From Chrysomallon squamiferum (Eukaryota; Animalia; Mollusca): a stretch of DNA of 64,000 nt. Location of the stretch: positions 11,284,001-11,348,000 of the forward strand of contig CM022675.1 in the NCBI GenBank assembly GCA_012295275.1, given 5' to 3'. Made by a program: the position numbers and the translations under genes. Of the stretch, positions 59,708-64,000 are shown one piece after another. Positions within the stretch are counted from its first letter, which is position 1, and every line of letters starts with the position of its first letter. The notes under the pieces were generated by a model. It made no database searches. It saw only the letters and a program-made list of their open reading frames with translations, and had not been told where the DNA came from.

Positions 59708-60776
59708 TATATTTATCTATCTATGATTCAGTTTCCCTCTCCTGTATCTATCGTTCTTGGTCTCATTACCTTTGCCCATATATCGATATCTAACAAATAT
59801 AATGATAATCGCATTCTTCAAAAGGAAATTATCATTGATTCATATTCTTTGCATTGAATATTTTATTCAAATTGCACCAGTCAGTAAGGAATGTCGATAT
59901 CTTCGCTCTGACTTTTATTTGTCTTCTGATTCTTTATATTTAGACATTTGTTTCCAAAAGAAGACCTGTCTTTTTTGTTACTAAAACAAAGCGAATGATA
60001 ATTAACCGTTTTTATTAATGAGTTTGTAATATTGAAAATAATAATAAAATAAAATAATTAGAGACGAAGATTAAAAGAAAAGAAAAAAATATATATATTA
60101 ATGATTATAACGAATCTCCGTTGATTTTTTTTTAATTGATTTTTTTTTAGTTTTTTATTTCTTTTTTTTTTTTAAGAAGAAAACTGGAAAATAACGATAT
60201 TTAATAATGAGAGGATTTATTGAAGGTAATAGTATTATAATCTCTATCGACTGTTTCATAAATAATTGCAAGTCTCTAGATGTCTTTTTCTTTATTTTAT
60301 TTTATTTTTATTTTTTTTTATTTTTTGTTTTGTTTGTTTGTTTGGGGATGGTTTCGGGTAGGAGGCAGACAGCTCATTTTATTCGAGATGCAAGAACTAA
60401 CAAGTGATGATATTTAAATCTGAATGATTTTGAGAACAATATAATGGTAAATAAATAAATAAAGTAAGAAATAAAGAAGAATAATTGTGAATTTGGAAAT
60501 AAGTTATTGTTATAGGACAGTTACAATTAAATTTTTTCATTTAAATTAAAATTTATCCCTCTGATACGTTTACATGTTATGAAATTAAAAATGAAATATT
60601 AAATTTTTACTAAAATAAATAAATAAATAAATAATTTTATATTTATTAGCGCAACAATTTGTATGTTGCAAAACATTAAAAACAAACAATTGCAGCAAGG
60701 ATTATTATAACAAAATAATAAACAAAATATAAAAACTATTTATAATATCAGAAATAAAGAATAGCCGATCTATTGA

Positions 60777-60808
<32 letters not shown>

Positions 60809-61354
60809 TTCTTCTAAATTTAAAATTAATGACTGGGGTTTCCTTGAACACGGAGATTAAAATTTCAATACAAAACTATAGAAAAAAATTTAAAAAACTA
60901 AAATATGAGAGTTTTGAAGGAAAACAAAATGTTTTGGTCTGATTACAAAGAATATAACAGTTCCACTGAAAGAATAACGGTCTGTAGAAACAGGAACAAT
61001 TTTCAGAAATGACGTTTCTTTTGAAAGTAACTGTTTAACAAAAACAATTATTTATGTTCTGAGAGTAAAGAGTAACAGATTTTTTTTATTATTTATTACT
61101 TACTATTATTTTCTTCTTCTTTTCTTCTTCTTCTTCTTCTTCTTCTTCTTCTTCTTCTTCTCTCACAAACGAAAGCGCCGTAAACTAAACTAAACAATAA
61201 CGGTTATATATAAAGAACGATTCTTTCAAAAGTAGCGCGAGTAAAACAGAAAAGAAATAGGTTTTCTTAGCGTTTAGTTCAAAAAGAAAGAAATCTGCGC
61301 AAGTTAACCGAAATTGTGTCATCTGGACCCAACGTTACTGCTACACCGTCTAAG

Positions 61355-61389
<35 letters not shown>

Positions 61390-61751
61390 TGACGTGTTGT
61401 TCCTATTTGCATATTTCTCTAAAATAATATGCAAATTAACCTTTCCTGACAATCTACTTCCATTTCAGCAAAAACATTAGACGACTGCTGATTAACATAA
61501 TCATGCTGCATTTTAAAGAAACCCTTTCAAACTCCGCTTCACGCCATATTTACATGGAAGTAATCAACCGAGTAAGCGCCATCTTTTTTAACCCGATCGT
61601 TTCTTGTATCTTTATTAATTTCTTTCTTTTCCATTTTCTTTTATTTTTCTTTTCTTTTTTTTTTTTTTTTTTTCTTCTTCTACGATATAAAAGCTATCTT
61701 TTTTACGGTGTGTTATAATCTCTTCTGATACCTAGTCAATGAAGATTGTTT

Positions 61752-61788
<37 letters not shown>

Positions 61789-61986
61789 GATTTCAGATAT
61801 TCTGTTTTGCTTGTGTTACCTTAAAGTGCCCAACACAACGTGTTACTTTCGATGAAAAAAAAAAAAAAAAAAAAAAAAAGAAAGAAAAACTGTTTTTTTA
61901 AATCTTTTTAAAAAAAAAAAAAAAAACGGTCACCTTTCTTTTTATAGGGTGAACGATTCGGAAGCTAATGTTTCAGTTTTTTGTTT

Positions 61987-62025
<39 letters not shown>

Positions 62026-62166
62026 TTATTTTTAATCTCATGCAGAATCGATTATTACATTTATCAGAATTATGTGCTTCGCAATTTTATTTATTTATTC
62101 ATTCATTCACTCACTCACTCATTTTTTTTTTTTTTTTTTTGTTTATAATTTTTTCTTCCTATTTAA

Positions 62167-62212
<46 letters not shown>

Positions 62213-62596
62213 TCACTTTTAGTTGCTAATACACTTTCATGCACATTTTTAACTCACTAATTCATTGGTTCCTGTACAAAATACTGTCGACACATTATCT
62301 TTCTCGCAGTAGTAACACCAGTTATGATAACAGTAGTAATAGCAGTAGTAGCAGTAGTGGTAGTAGTAGTCGTTGTATTATTATTACTAGTTCTCAAAGA
62401 CGTCATCAAAGGAGTAGAGGTAGTAACAGCAGTTGCTTTATTAGTAGTAATACAAATTCTATTAGTAATTGTAGTAGTTGTAATTTTGTGTTCGTAATAA
62501 TAGTAGAAGCAATAATAATACTCTTATAATATACCTATAGCCATTAGGTCTAGTAGTAGTAGTGGGAATGATAAATAACTGAAATGAGAGGGATAG

Positions 62597-63140
<544 letters not shown>

Positions 63141-64000
63141 CTTTCTTTATCTGTCTCTCTGTCTGTCTGATTCTGTCTCTCTTACTCTCTCCACGAAACA
63201 AAACATAACAAAATACAGTAGACCATAATTTAGAAAAAGAAAGAACAAACCCGCTTACAGTCAAAACATATGCAGGAAACAATTCATAAAAAATAGAAAT
63301 ATTATATTCTTGTCAATGCACACTAATATGAAAAAGAATAGAGAGTGTGCTATATAATACTATTGCTACATACAATAAAAAATAATAAAATAAAAAAATA
63401 GTAATAAACAATAACATCCGAAATTATTTATAACAGAACTGAGTTTCAAAAAAGAAACGAAAAGAAAACCCCTATTTTTATGAACATTATTATTATTATT
63501 ACTATTATTATTATTATTATTATTATAGTATTTATTTGAAATTTACATTTTACATTATATTCCTTATTATTCCTTCATTATATACCAATATGAATTTAAC
63601 ACATTTATATGCATAACAGCTTTTTTTTACATTTCTCATTTATATCGTGTTTTTTTATCTGTTTCTTTATTCATAATTGTTTCTGTTTTACTGTTGACAT
63701 TATTTATTTATTTAATTTAGTTAGTTATTTAATTTTTGTTATTTATTTATTTTGTTTTACTTATATTTTTACTTGTTTATTTATCTTCTACATTTTTTAA
63801 ATCATTTTTTAATTATTTATCCCCATTTTTACACAACTATTTTTCTTACTAGTTGTTATTATGTTTTTAGATATTTATTTTTTCATCCATCTAATTATCT
63901 GCTATATTTAAATTTTATTATTGTATTTGTTGTTTTTACTAACAAACTCAATCAAAAGCATAGTGTGATTTCAAAGTACTTCTCTATACAAAACAAATTC

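Overview
This window is non-coding, AT-rich eukaryotic DNA. The repeat spectrum suggests an invertebrate animal, but the taxon cannot be fixed from sequence. A large share is simple repeat: (AG/CT)n, (AAT/ATT)n, (AAC)n, (GTA)n, (AAAT)n, (TACA)n, (GATA)n and poly(dA:dT). Almost all supplied ORFs are translations of these repeats, and I recognise no protein-coding exon, intact tRNA, rRNA or known miRNA. The non-repeat sequence forms about 20 CpG-retaining islands of 200-700 bp that are dense in metazoan transcription-factor motifs: TCF/LEF sites with adjacent Helper-like GCCG/ACCG, five perfect CREs, twelve CACGTG E-boxes (four identical TTCACGTGG), two PBX-MEIS decamers, and COE, ETS, YY1 and octamer sites. 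The best reading is the cis-regulatory landscape (large intron or gene desert) of a signal-responsive developmental gene whose exons lie outside the window. Other items are one tRNA-derived SINE-like element, a degenerate 24-bp minisatellite with a dispersed copy, several local duplications and two RNA-hairpin candidates. Many islands also show an A-rich-left / T-rich-right switch in their flanking repeats. I cannot demonstrate a new biological system. All motif counts were made by eye, and all regulatory calls are inference.
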